Origin: an uncultured Weeksellaceae bacterium
GTDB lineage: Bacteria; Bacteroidota; Bacteroidia; Flavobacteriales_D; CAYVSK01
Direction of reading: 5' to 3'
NCBI GenBank assembly: GCA_964537825.1
Contig: CAZIDL010000001.1
Coordinates: 67,668 to 131,667 of the forward strand
DNA length: 64,000 bases
The notes below the pieces were generated by a model. The model did no database searches. It was not told the origin of the DNA and was given only the letters and a program-made list of their open reading frames with translations. The translations under genes and the position numbers were made by a program. This document shows positions 18,744 to 27,940 of the stretch, in pieces (within the stretch, counting starts at the first letter, position 1; each line of letters begins with the position of its first letter).

Positions 18744-18768
18744 GAGGTCGACGGACCTCGCCCTTTTT
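18744..18768 (+). terminator. Weak hairpin plus T-run, possible terminator after the kinase gene
   Basis: 6-bp stem GAGGTC (18744-49) / GACCTC (18754-59) with a 4-nt loop. A T5 run at 18764-68 follows after a 4-nt spacer. The stem is short. Confidence 0.3.
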
Positions 18769-18835
18769 CTTTCCGCGTTCATATGGATGGGGAAGAAGGG
18801 GATGGCTCTTTTGGAATAAGTTAACCTAGCAAGCT

Positions 18836-20389
18836 ATGGACGGACAGAAGAAGAAAGTGGCGCTCATAATACTCGACGGATGGGGACACGGCAAGCACGA
18901 CGATAGCGATATGGTCTGGAATGCCGACACTCCTTTCGTCGATTCCCTATACAAAGAAGTTCCCAATGCGGAATTGCGGACCGATGGGGAGAACGTTGGA
19001 TTGCCCAAGGGTCAAATGGGTAACTCCGAGGTCGGTCATATCAATATCGGTGCTGGAAGGATCGTTCACCAGGAGCTCGTAAGGATCGATAAGGCCATCG
19101 AAGATGGGTCTTTTGCCGAGCATGAAAAGCTGGCAGAAGCCTTCAGCTACGCCAAAGAGAATGGGAAGAAGGTACATATCATGGGGTTGTTATCGGATGG
19201 GGGAGTTCACTCCCATCAGCGCCACATCCAAGCCCTTACGGACATTGCCTCCGATCAGGGGGTGCAGGACCTGTTCGTGCATGCCTTTACCGATGGACGG
19301 GATACGGACCCGCACGGAGGGAAAGGCTATATCACGGAGCTCATCGATCACTTGAAGGGGAACCAGGCCGAGCTCGCCAGCATCGTTGGACGATACTATG
19401 CGATGGACCGCGATCGGCGCTGGGAACGGATCAAGAAGGCCTATGATCTTCTCGTCCATGGGAAGGGAAAAGGAGCTCAGGACCCTATCAAAGCCCTCGA
19501 AGCAAGTTACGAGGAAGGGATCACCGACGAGTTCCTCGAGCCGATCGTTCTGAAGGATGAGAACGATGCGCCCTTGACCCGTGTCGAAGAAGGGGATGTT
19601 GTCATTTCAGCCAATTTCCGGACGGACCGCTGCCGTCAGATCACGATGGCCCTGACCCAAGAGGGCTTTCCGGAGTACGATATGGAGCCCCTCGATCTCC
19701 ATTACATCACGATGACCAATTACGACGATTCGTTCGAGAACGTGCGGATCCTTTTTCCGGAGCGGGAACTCCCCAACATGCTCGGGGAGGTGTTGAGCAA
19801 TGCGGGTAGGACGCAGCTTCGGATCGCGGAGACCGAAAAGTATCCGCACGTCACCTTTTTCTTCAATGGAGGCCGTGAAGAGGAGTTCGAAGGGGAGCAA
19901 CGGATCATGGTGCCCTCGCCCAACAAAGTGGCCACCTACGATCAACAGCCCGAAATGAGCGCTGATGAAGTGACCCGAAAGGTGATCGGAGCGATCAGGG
20001 AAGAGGCTCCCGATTTTATCTGTCTCAATTTTGCGAACCCTGACATGGTGGGGCATACCGGAGTTCCGGATGCCATTCGAAAGGCGGTGGAGACCGTCGA
20101 TCGTTGCACCCAAGAGGTGGTGGAAGCTGGTAAAGAGGCCGGTTATTCCTTCCTCATCATCGCCGATCACGGGAACGCCGATTTCATCAAGAACGCTGAT
20201 GGCTCTCCGAACACCGCCCATACCAAAAATCCGGTGCCGGTCTTTCTGATCGATGAGGAATACGGGGCCGTTCGGGATGGGATCCTCGCGGATGTGGCAC
20301 CGAGCATCCTCCGCTTGATGGACGTTGAACAACCTGAGGAGATGACAGGGAAAGCCTTGGTCGAAAAGGTGAGGGAGAAGGCTGAATGA
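18836..20389 (+). CDS. gpmI: 2,3-bisphosphoglycerate-independent phosphoglycerate mutase
   Basis: 517 aa with N-terminus KKVALIILDGWGHG, plus MGNSEVGHINIGAGR, SDGGVHSH and NFANPDMVGHTG motifs. Confidence 0.96.
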   Translation: MDGQKKKVALIILDGWGHGKHDDSDMVWNADTPFVDSLYKEVPNAELRTDGENVGLPKGQMGNSEVGHINIGAGRIVHQELVRIDKAIEDGSFAEHEKLAEAFSYAKENGKKVHIMGLLSDGGVHSHQRHIQALTDIASDQGVQDLFVHAFTDGRDTDPHGGKGYITELIDHLKGNQAELASIVGRYYAMDRDRRWERIKKAYDLLVHGKGKGAQDPIKALEASYEEGITDEFLEPIVLKDENDAPLTRVEEGDVVISANFRTDRCRQITMALTQEGFPEYDMEPLDLHYITMTNYDDSFENVRILFPERELPNMLGEVLSNAGRTQLRIAETEKYPHVTFFFNGGREEEFEGEQRIMVPSPNKVATYDQQPEMSADEVTRKVIGAIREEAPDFICLNFANPDMVGHTGVPDAIRKAVETVDRCTQEVVEAGKEAGYSFLIIADHGNADFIKNADGSPNTAHTKNPVPVFLIDEEYGAVRDGILADVAPSILRLMDVEQPEEMTGKALVEKVREKAE

Positions 20390-20399
20390 TCGCCCCTGT

Positions 20400-22565
20400 T
20401 CAGATGACGAAGCGCCAGACGAGCTTGCCGATCACAGAGGTGCGTGTGGTATGTATCACGTCGTTCTTCGTGTTGTAACGCTGGTTCACGATCAGGAAAA
20501 ATCGGGTGCCGACCTTCGGGATCCATTGGAGTCGATAGTTCATGATCCCTAATTCGTCCTGGTTGTTCCACTGAGCGAAAAGGGATCCGAAAAGGTCCGG
20601 TGTGATCGCATAATCGAGCCGGGTCCCGAAAAGGTTCGTCCGCAATCGTTCGTTCGACATGCGTATCTGATTCCTTTCGTAATTCACCCCTATGGTAAGG
20701 AACCTGCTCGTCCGCCAGCTCAGGGAATAGTTGCTCTGAACGCTCGATCCATCGAAAAAATCCCCCCAATCCACCGAAACGCTTCCGGAAAAGGTGCGAC
20801 CGGAGAAGGAAGAAGCGTTCAGGTTGTACCGAGTGGTCCAATATTCTCCGCTGTCCACTCGTAGTTCATTTTCGATACTGAAGGGGCGGCGGACCCCTTC
20901 TCCGTTCCTGGAAATACTGAAGCCCATGCTTTCCCCCGACCTGGTCTTGAACCCAAAGGGTTTGATCGTGTAAAGGAAGGTCTGCAGTTCCTTGGTATCG
21001 TCGAAGTAGGTGTAAGTGATCTGACCGGGTGACAACTTGAACTGCTGGATCCAACCAAGCCATCCATCGGGATCGGGACGGGGCTCCCAATTCATCATCC
21101 CGAATGCTTCCTGGAAATTCCGTCGCCGCATCAGCCCGACCTCAGGATCGAACGGGGCCTGACTGCGCTGGTAGGAGGTGAAGACGAAGAGTTGATCATT
21201 GGGATAAGTGGCTTCCACCCGATAGGCATTGGCCTTTTCATCGAAGTTCTTGTCGTCATCATAGGTATGTACGTAAGTGCTACGCATGTTGAGGTTCTTA
21301 TCTCCCAGGAACTTCGAAGTCCGATAACGACCGTTCACTCCAGTGGTCGTATGCCATCTGCCCTTGGCGTATTTGTTGACCGTCATGGCCCCTATCGTCG
21401 ATTGTTTCCCGACGTTCTCCCGCCAGCTTGCTACCGTGTAGTTGGTCGTGGGGATGCTATCCTTGCTCGCGGTTTGGATCGACATCGCTCCGATCGTGGA
21501 ATTTCTTTGCTTCCCGAGTATCCTGGTCCCGGCGAGGATGGGGATCTGTTCGCGATCGCGGGTGAGGCCGATCCTTCTCGAATAGAAAGGGGTGACCCGA
21601 TTTCCGCCGAAACCCATATTGAAGTAGTTCTGCCCTTCGAGAAAGAACTCTCGTCGCTCAGGGAATCGGAGGGGAAAACGCGTTAGGTTGATCTGTTGAC
21701 GATCGGCCTCCACTTGAGCGAAATCCGTGTTGATCGTCAGTCTGGCCCGGATGGTCGGGGTGATCGAATAATTGACGTCGCCGCCCACATCGAACAACCT
21801 GCTCGGTTCATCGCCATCATCCTGGAGCCCTGCCAGCCCGTAAGGCTTTAATTCCACGAAATCCTTCGTTCGTAGCTTGTCCAGGTTGGTCAACGTGCCC
21901 GCTCGGTTGACCTGTTGGAAGCTCATGTCCCGTGACCATCCGGTCCATCTTACTTGTTCTCGTTTGCGACGGATGTTCCGCTGGAAGTTAACACCCCATT
22001 CCTGTTTTGGGCTATTGGGATATTTGAGGGTAGTGAAGGGGATCTTGATCTCGGCGAACCACCCTTGATCGGTGATGCGTGTGGCCACGTCCCAAACACC
22101 ATCCCAATTCTTGTTGCTCGCGTCCCCGTTGTTGATCACCTGGTAGTCGAGGCGTGCCCCATTCGGGTTGGTCACGAACTGGTATCCGTTCCGGTCATCG
22201 TTGTAGGTGTCCAGGATGACCTGAAAATCGTCTTCGGGCCCGTTGTTGAAATCCCTTCGAAGTTCTTTATGGATGATCCCATCCGGGTCTTTATCGTAGC
22301 ACCAGGCGAAAATGTAGAGGTTCCGGTCGCCGTAAGCGATCGCCACTTCTGTCCGTTCAGTAGCAGGTTCTCCCACGTTCATTTCCCGCTGCACGAAATC
22401 CTTGGCGCGATCCGCTACTTTCCAGACCGAATCCTTCGGAACCCCGTCCATTTTCACCCTTTTTTCCGTGTAGCTGGCTTCCAGGGTCCGGTCCTGGCCG
22501 GTTTGAGAAAGGGATTGGGAGATGAGGCTTAAGCTTAGGGCAAAGAGGAAGAGCTTCCGGACCAT
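20400..22565 (-). CDS. Outer-membrane protein with N-terminal CBM9-like domain and DUF5916-like beta-barrel
   Basis: ATG at 22565 is preferred over the TTG at 22571 and gives MVRKLFLFALSLSLISQSLSQ (signal peptide). The N-domain pattern DGVPKDSVWKVADRAKDFVQREMNVGEPATERTEVAIAYGDRNLYIFAWCYD...DDFQVILDTYNDDRNGYQFVTNPNGARLD is as I remember for CBM9/DUF5916 proteins. The C-terminus WRFVI is aromatic-rich. Confidence 0.65.
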   Translation of the reverse strand: MVRKLFLFALSLSLISQSLSQTGQDRTLEASYTEKRVKMDGVPKDSVWKVADRAKDFVQREMNVGEPATERTEVAIAYGDRNLYIFAWCYDKDPDGIIHKELRRDFNNGPEDDFQVILDTYNDDRNGYQFVTNPNGARLDYQVINNGDASNKNWDGVWDVATRITDQGWFAEIKIPFTTLKYPNSPKQEWGVNFQRNIRRKREQVRWTGWSRDMSFQQVNRAGTLTNLDKLRTKDFVELKPYGLAGLQDDGDEPSRLFDVGGDVNYSITPTIRARLTINTDFAQVEADRQQINLTRFPLRFPERREFFLEGQNYFNMGFGGNRVTPFYSRRIGLTRDREQIPILAGTRILGKQRNSTIGAMSIQTASKDSIPTTNYTVASWRENVGKQSTIGAMTVNKYAKGRWHTTTGVNGRYRTSKFLGDKNLNMRSTYVHTYDDDKNFDEKANAYRVEATYPNDQLFVFTSYQRSQAPFDPEVGLMRRRNFQEAFGMMNWEPRPDPDGWLGWIQQFKLSPGQITYTYFDDTKELQTFLYTIKPFGFKTRSGESMGFSISRNGEGVRRPFSIENELRVDSGEYWTTRYNLNASSFSGRTFSGSVSVDWGDFFDGSSVQSNYSLSWRTSRFLTIGVNYERNQIRMSNERLRTNLFGTRLDYAITPDLFGSLFAQWNNQDELGIMNYRLQWIPKVGTRFFLIVNQRYNTKNDVIHTTRTSVIGKLVWRFVI

Positions 22566-22582
22566 AAACAATTTTGTCGTGG

Positions 22583-22590
22583 CAAAAGTA
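22583..22590 (-). promoter_or_regulatory. -7 promoter box (TACTTTTG on minus strand) for the DUF5916-like gene
   Basis: Exact TAnnTTTG, 17 nt upstream of the ATG at 22565. It sits back-to-back with the + strand box at 22637. Confidence 0.4.
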
Positions 22591-22636
22591 GGAGGACTCC
22601 AAGAACACCCTGATCTTTTTCAACACTGGTCTGGCT

Positions 22637-22644
22637 TAGATTTG
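22637..22644 (+). promoter_or_regulatory. -7 promoter box (TAGATTTG) for the usp-sulP-dehydrogenase operon
   Basis: Exact TAnnTTTG. Only 7 nt separate it from the ATG at 22652, which predicts a very short or absent leader. Confidence 0.4.
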
Positions 22645-22651
22645 AAGGAGC

Positions 22652-23536
22652 ATGTCCCGAAAACCATATCCTTTCCATAGGATCGCTACTGCGTTGGCCT
22701 TTTCTCCCAGAGCTGAAGCCATCCTCCACGAGAGCCGCATCCTCGTGGAGCGCTTTGGTGCTGAGCTCGTTCTGATCCACGTTGGGGAGCATTCCGTGGA
22801 ATTGGAGCGACGAATGGATGATCTTTTGGAACGCACTGGGATCGAGAAAGAGAGTTGTCGGATCGTTTGGCGTGAAGGGAAGGCAGCAGATACCATTTTG
22901 AGGGTTTGCGAAGAAGAGGACGTGAACCTCCTCCTATTGGGAGCCCTCCGCAAAGAAAAGCTCTATGCTTATTACTTGGGCTCCGTGGCAAGAAAGGTTT
23001 CCCGCTCAGCTCCTTGTTCGGTCCTCCTTTTGATCGAGCCGAGTGAGGAGGGGCAGTATTTCGGGACCTTGGTGGTGAACGGCATCGATCATCCCAAGAC
23101 CCGCGAGACCGTTCGGACCGCTTTTTACTTTGCGCGAATGGTGGCCGCTCGAGAGATCCGGATGGTGGAAGAGGTCCATCCATCGAGGATCGAGGTAGTG
23201 ATCCAGGATGACAAGAGCCGGCAAGAAGCCATAGAGGTGCGTAAGGATCTCCGCGAGCGGGAACACCAGAGGGTAGAAGGCTTGATCCATGAGAACGATC
23301 CGGATGGCGAGTTCGAAGTCCGCCAGCAATGCATATTCGGGAAGCCCGGTTATACGATAGGTCATTATGCTGAAGCGGAAAAGGCGGATCTCTTGGTCCT
23401 GAATTCCCCGGATAAGCAGATGGGGCTCATCGATCGATTTTTTCCGCACGGCATCGAGTACATCCTTTCGGACATGCCGACCAATGTGCTCTTGGTCCGT
23501 TCGACCCCTGGATCGGAAAAAGAAGGGCGCTCATGA
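22652..23536 (+). CDS. Tandem-domain universal stress protein (UspA family)
   Basis: 294 aa with two Usp-like halves (FHRIATALAFSPRAE...LLLLGA; GTLVVNGIDHPKT...ADLLVLNSP...NVLLV). Confidence 0.75.
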   Translation: MSRKPYPFHRIATALAFSPRAEAILHESRILVERFGAELVLIHVGEHSVELERRMDDLLERTGIEKESCRIVWREGKAADTILRVCEEEDVNLLLLGALRKEKLYAYYLGSVARKVSRSAPCSVLLLIEPSEEGQYFGTLVVNGIDHPKTRETVRTAFYFARMVAAREIRMVEEVHPSRIEVVIQDDKSRQEAIEVRKDLREREHQRVEGLIHENDPDGEFEVRQQCIFGKPGYTIGHYAEAEKADLLVLNSPDKQMGLIDRFFPHGIEYILSDMPTNVLLVRSTPGSEKEGRS

Positions 23537-25770
23537 GCTCGGGGTTTTGGGATCGGATGCCTAAAGCGGCCCAGCATTGGCCGAAGGACCTGAGTGCAGG
23601 ATTTACGGTATCGCTCATAGCGCTTCCGCTTTCCATGGCATTGGCCATGGCCTCGGAGGTCCCTCCGATGGCAGGCATGATCGCTTCGGTCGTGGGAGGG
23701 ATGGTGGTAGCCCTTTTCGGTGGCTCCAATGTGACCATCACGGGCCCCGGGAACGGGTTGGTCGTCGTGATCCTGAGCGCTGTCACGGCCTTGGGGAATG
23801 GGGATCCGAGCAAAGGGTACCCTTACATGTTAGCTGCCGTGGTTGTCGCTGGGGCGATCCTTGTCATATTCGGCTTTCTACGGATGGGGGCCTTGGGGGA
23901 TCTGTTCCCTTCGACTGCGGTGCAGGGGATTCTGGGGGCCATCGGGCTCATCTTCATCGCTAAGCAGTTCCACAACATGATCGGGGTCCCGGGCCCGGAG
24001 AACGCTGGGAACGTGGAGCTTCTGCTCGACATCCCTTACGCTCTGAAGCGCTTTTATACCGAGGGATACAGTTATCACGTTCCGGTGATCGGTCTTTTGA
24101 GCCTGCTCATTATGGCTTTTCATTCGCGGGTCCCCTTTCGTTGGTTCCGGGTGCTTCCTGCACCCATGTGGGTGCTCCTTCTTGTTCTCGGATACGCCTT
24201 TTACTTCGAGTTCATTGCTTATTCGTCGTATCCGATCCCGGAGGAAAAGCTCATCAGCATGCCGGAGGATCTGGGTGGAAGCTTCGTCTTTCCCGATTTC
24301 GGAAAACTGCTTCACTCCGAGTTCATCCTGGCGGTCCTTGGTATCACCCTCATTACGAGCATGGAATCCCTCCTGAGCATCAAAGCGGTGGACCGGCTCG
24401 ATCCCTTTAAGCGGAGGTCGAACGCGGACCGTGATCTCAAGGCCCTCGGCTTGGGTTCGATCGGTTCTGGTCTATTGGGCGGACTTCCTGTGGTGACGGT
24501 GATCGCAAGAAGCTCGGTGAACGTGAACAATGGAGCCAGAACGCGGGCTTCCAACTTCTTCCACGGAGCTTGCCTCCTGCTGATCGTGCTTCTCTTCCAG
24601 GACCTGCTAAGATGGGTTCCGCTTTCCGCTTTGGCAGGTATTCTGATCTACACGGGCTACAAGCTCATCCCGCCGGACCTTTTTCGGCAGATCCACCAAG
24701 TAGGGGTGGAGCAGACACTGATCTTCCTCGCTACCTTGGTCGTGACCTTTTGGTTCGGCTTGCTTCAGGGAATGGCAGTAGGCATCCTTACGACCATGAT
24801 CGTTCAGTTCGTCTTTATCCCGCCGGGCCAGTTGATCCTACACAACCCCTTTCAACCCAATACCCTGATGTATCAAGAGAGCGACGGGAAATTCTACGTT
24901 GGCGTGAAAGCTTATTCCAATTTTCTCAACTACCTCCAGTTAAAGAAGCAATTGGATGCCATCCCCCGAAAGCAACACGTGATCCTGGACCTCTCCCTCA
25001 CTACCTTCGTCGATCACACCGTCATGGAACATCTATCCCATTATTCCGACGATTACGAGGAAGAAGGCGGGCGTTTCGAGGTGGTCGGGTTGGACGTGCA
25101 TCGTGCTTCGAGCCCCCATTCCTTCGCTCCCCGCCGGGTCAATCGGATGGCCGAGCGGCCCAAGAGTTCTGATGAAAGCCTGACCAAACGTCAGGAGGCT
25201 TTAAAGGCGTATATGGAAGAACTCGGATGGGACTTTCGGGCCGAGAGCATCCATCGTTCCCCCGACCTTGAATATTTCCCGCTCTTCCGGACCAAGACGA
25301 TCGACCATGTCTTCAACCGTTGTGAAGGCAGAGATGATGGGATCCGCTATAAGCTCTTCGATGTGGAATATTACGAAGGGGTGTTCATCGCCAAACAAGT
25401 GTTCCGTACCACGGTCCTGGTCATCCATATGGATCGGGAAATGCCCCGCTTTACATTGGACAAAGAAGGGCTTTTTCATCGGGCGGCGGAGCTCATCGGT
25501 TTCTCCTATATCGAGTTGGAAGCCTATCCTGACTTTTCTCGCCGATTCCTTCTCAAAGGCGATAATGAGCGGGCTATCAAGGGCTTTTTCGAAAGGGGTC
25601 TCGTCCGATTCTTCGAAAGCAATCCCTATTATCACGTTCAAAGCACGTATGAATCGCTCCTTATTTTTAAGCGAGAGCGGTTAGCTTCGATCAGCGAGGT
25701 CAAAGCCTTGATCGATTTCGGTTCAAGGCTTGCAGCATGCATTCGCCAAAAACATGATGGGGAACGATGA
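23533..25770 (+). CDS. SulP-family anion transporter with STAS domain and an unassigned ~200-aa C-terminal extension
   Basis: 745 aa with SulP N-terminus DLSAGFTVSLIALPLSMALAMASEVPPMAGM, a multi-TM core and a STAS-like region (HVILDLSLTTFVDHTVMEHL...RFEVVGL, ending near aa 525). Residues ~545-745 are soluble and I do not recognise them. ATGA overlap with usp. Confidence 0.85.
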   Translation: MSSGFWDRMPKAAQHWPKDLSAGFTVSLIALPLSMALAMASEVPPMAGMIASVVGGMVVALFGGSNVTITGPGNGLVVVILSAVTALGNGDPSKGYPYMLAAVVVAGAILVIFGFLRMGALGDLFPSTAVQGILGAIGLIFIAKQFHNMIGVPGPENAGNVELLLDIPYALKRFYTEGYSYHVPVIGLLSLLIMAFHSRVPFRWFRVLPAPMWVLLLVLGYAFYFEFIAYSSYPIPEEKLISMPEDLGGSFVFPDFGKLLHSEFILAVLGITLITSMESLLSIKAVDRLDPFKRRSNADRDLKALGLGSIGSGLLGGLPVVTVIARSSVNVNNGARTRASNFFHGACLLLIVLLFQDLLRWVPLSALAGILIYTGYKLIPPDLFRQIHQVGVEQTLIFLATLVVTFWFGLLQGMAVGILTTMIVQFVFIPPGQLILHNPFQPNTLMYQESDGKFYVGVKAYSNFLNYLQLKKQLDAIPRKQHVILDLSLTTFVDHTVMEHLSHYSDDYEEEGGRFEVVGLDVHRASSPHSFAPRRVNRMAERPKSSDESLTKRQEALKAYMEELGWDFRAESIHRSPDLEYFPLFRTKTIDHVFNRCEGRDDGIRYKLFDVEYYEGVFIAKQVFRTTVLVIHMDREMPRFTLDKEGLFHRAAELIGFSYIELEAYPDFSRRFLLKGDNERAIKGFFERGLVRFFESNPYYHVQSTYESLLIFKRERLASISEVKALIDFGSRLAACIRQKHDGER

Positions 25771-26717
25771 AGGTCCTTTTTCTCGATACGGTCCACCCTC
25801 TGCTGCAAGAGCGACTTGAAGCGAATGGGTGTTCCTGTGAGCATTGCCTTGAGGAAGGAAAGGAATACGTCGAAAACATCGTTGGGGCTTATAAGGGGTT
25901 GGTGGTAAGGAGCCGGATCCCTTTGGACCGAACGCTTCTTGAAAAGGCCGAAAAGCTCGAGTTCATCGCCCGTTCCGGTGCCGGACTGGAGAATATTGAC
26001 GTTACGTATTGCCGGGAGAAGGGGATCAAACTATTCCATGCACCAGAGGGGAATAGAGATGCGGTCGGAGAGCATGCCGTGGGAATGCTCTTGTCGCTGT
26101 TCAACAAGCTCTGCAAAGGGGACCGGGAGGTGCGCCAAGGGGTCTGGGAGCGCGAAGGGAATCGGGGTGTGGAACTGGGGGAGCGGAGCGTCGGTATCGT
26201 TGGCTTAGGCAATACTGGGAGAAGCTTTGCCCGTAAGCTCAAAGGTTTCGGTTGCCGTATCCTGAGCTACGACAAGTACTTGGATGCAGGATCTGTTGAA
26301 GAAGGGGTCGAAGGGGTCTCACTGGAGCAAATCCAGCAAGAGGCGGATGTGCTAAGTTTCCATGTGCCTCTTACGGAAGAGACCCACTCCTATTTCAATG
26401 AAGATCTCCTGAAGCGGATGGAACATCCCTTTTACCTCGTTAATACGTCCCGTGGAAAGGTCGTCGATACCGAGGCTGTCCTCGAGGGATTCCGATCGGA
26501 GAAACTCCGAGGAGCTTGTCTGGACGTGCTGGAGTTCGAAAAAGCGTCTTTCGAACATTTGCAAGAAGCCGATATACCAACTTCTTATCTGCGGTTGCTG
26601 AAGGAAGAACGAGTGCTTTTATCCCCCCATGTTGCCGGATGGACGGATGCTTCCTACAAACGCTTGAGCGCAGTGCTTGCAAAGAAAGTGTTAAGGTGGA
26701 AAGAGGGAAGAGGTTAA
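25767..26717 (+). CDS. D-isomer-specific 2-hydroxyacid dehydrogenase (phosphoglycerate-dehydrogenase-like)
   Basis: 316 aa with NAD motif VGIVGLGNTGRSFARKL and catalytic-region motifs LVNTSRG and SPHVAGWT. ATGA overlap with sulP. Confidence 0.85.
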   Translation: MKVLFLDTVHPLLQERLEANGCSCEHCLEEGKEYVENIVGAYKGLVVRSRIPLDRTLLEKAEKLEFIARSGAGLENIDVTYCREKGIKLFHAPEGNRDAVGEHAVGMLLSLFNKLCKGDREVRQGVWEREGNRGVELGERSVGIVGLGNTGRSFARKLKGFGCRILSYDKYLDAGSVEEGVEGVSLEQIQQEADVLSFHVPLTEETHSYFNEDLLKRMEHPFYLVNTSRGKVVDTEAVLEGFRSEKLRGACLDVLEFEKASFEHLQEADIPTSYLRLLKEERVLLSPHVAGWTDASYKRLSAVLAKKVLRWKEGRG

Positions 26718-26911
26718 AGCCTACTGCTCCGGATCCCTTTCATATTTCCGTGATGAACGGTCCAGAAAGAACAAGACAAGGCTTCGATATGGTCTGAAGC
26801 TCGATAGGGGGTCTTACTACCACTTGCCTTCCTGGACATGAAGCTTTCTTGCAAGATCTCTCAATCTCCCTCGGGTTCCCGATATTTGTAGTAAAATAAA
26901 ATCGCCTTGCC

Positions 26912-27931
26912 ATGAAGGAGGTTAAAACGCTCGGTCAGTTCGTTACTGAGAATCAACAGGACTTTCCCTATGCTACGGGAGAATTGACCCGCTTGCTGAG
27001 CGATATCGAGATCGCGGCCAAGATCATCGACCGGGAGGTCAGCAAAGCGGGTTTGGTCGACATCCTTGGCACTCAAGGGACGCAGAACGTCCAGGGGGAA
27101 GCCCAGCAAAAGCTCGATGTCTTCGCTAACGAACAATTGAGGGCCGCTTTCAAGGCAGGTTCCGAGGTGGCTGGGGTAGCTTCCGAGGAAATGGAGTCCT
27201 TCGAAGCTTTTAACGATCAGCAGTCCGTCGATGCTAAGTACGTGGTCTGTTTCGATCCGCTCGATGGAAGCGGGAATATCGATGTCAATGTTTCCATTGG
27301 GACCATCTTCAGCATCTTCAGAAGGAAGAGTGAAAAAGGGCCCGTCGGTCAGGAGGACTTCCTGCGAAGCGGGAGGGAGATCGTGGCCGCAGGTTATTTG
27401 GTCTATGGATCTTCCACGATGCTGGTTTATTCCACCGGCAATGGGGTCAACGGCTTTACCCTTGATCCTTCCATCGGTGAATTCTGCCTTTCTCATCCGG
27501 ACATGAAACTCCCCGAGAACGGCAAGACCTATTCGATCAACGAGGGCAATTACGCGAAATTCCCGGACGGGGTCAAGGAATACATCAAATACTGCCAAGA
27601 GGAGGACAAAGATTCTAAGCGCCCTTACAAAGCCCGTTACATCGGATCCTTCGTGAGCGATCTTCATCGAACCCTGATCAAGGGAGGCATCTTCATGTAT
27701 CCGGCAACAGCCTCTTCCCCCAACGGGAAGCTCCGCCTTCTCTACGAATGCGCACCCATGGCCTATTTGGCCGAACAGGCTGGTGGACTGGCTACGGATG
27801 GGGAAAACCCTATCATCGCACTGGAACCCCAAGAGCTCCATCAACGGACGCCTCTCTTCATCGGGTCTCGGAACATGATCGAGCGCTTACAGGGAATGTT
27901 GAGTAAGAAAGCTGCCCATACCGAAGGGTAG
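26912..27931 (+). CDS. fbp: Fructose-1,6-bisphosphatase class I
   Basis: 339 aa with [39 protein letters not shown] and [24 protein letters not shown]. Confidence 0.95.
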   Translation: MKEVKTLGQFVTENQQDFPYATGELTRLLSDIEIAAKIIDREVSKAGLVDILGTQGTQNVQGEAQQKLDVFANEQLRAAFKAGSEVAGVASEEMESFEAFNDQQSVDAKYVVCFDPLDGSGNIDVNVSIGTIFSIFRRKSEKGPVGQEDFLRSGREIVAAGYLVYGSSTMLVYSTGNGVNGFTLDPSIGEFCLSHPDMKLPENGKTYSINEGNYAKFPDGVKEYIKYCQEEDKDSKRPYKARYIGSFVSDLHRTLIKGGIFMYPATASSPNGKLRLLYECAPMAYLAEQAGGLATDGENPIIALEPQELHQRTPLFIGSRNMIERLQGMLSKKAAHTEG

Positions 27932-27940
27932 CGTTGAGCG

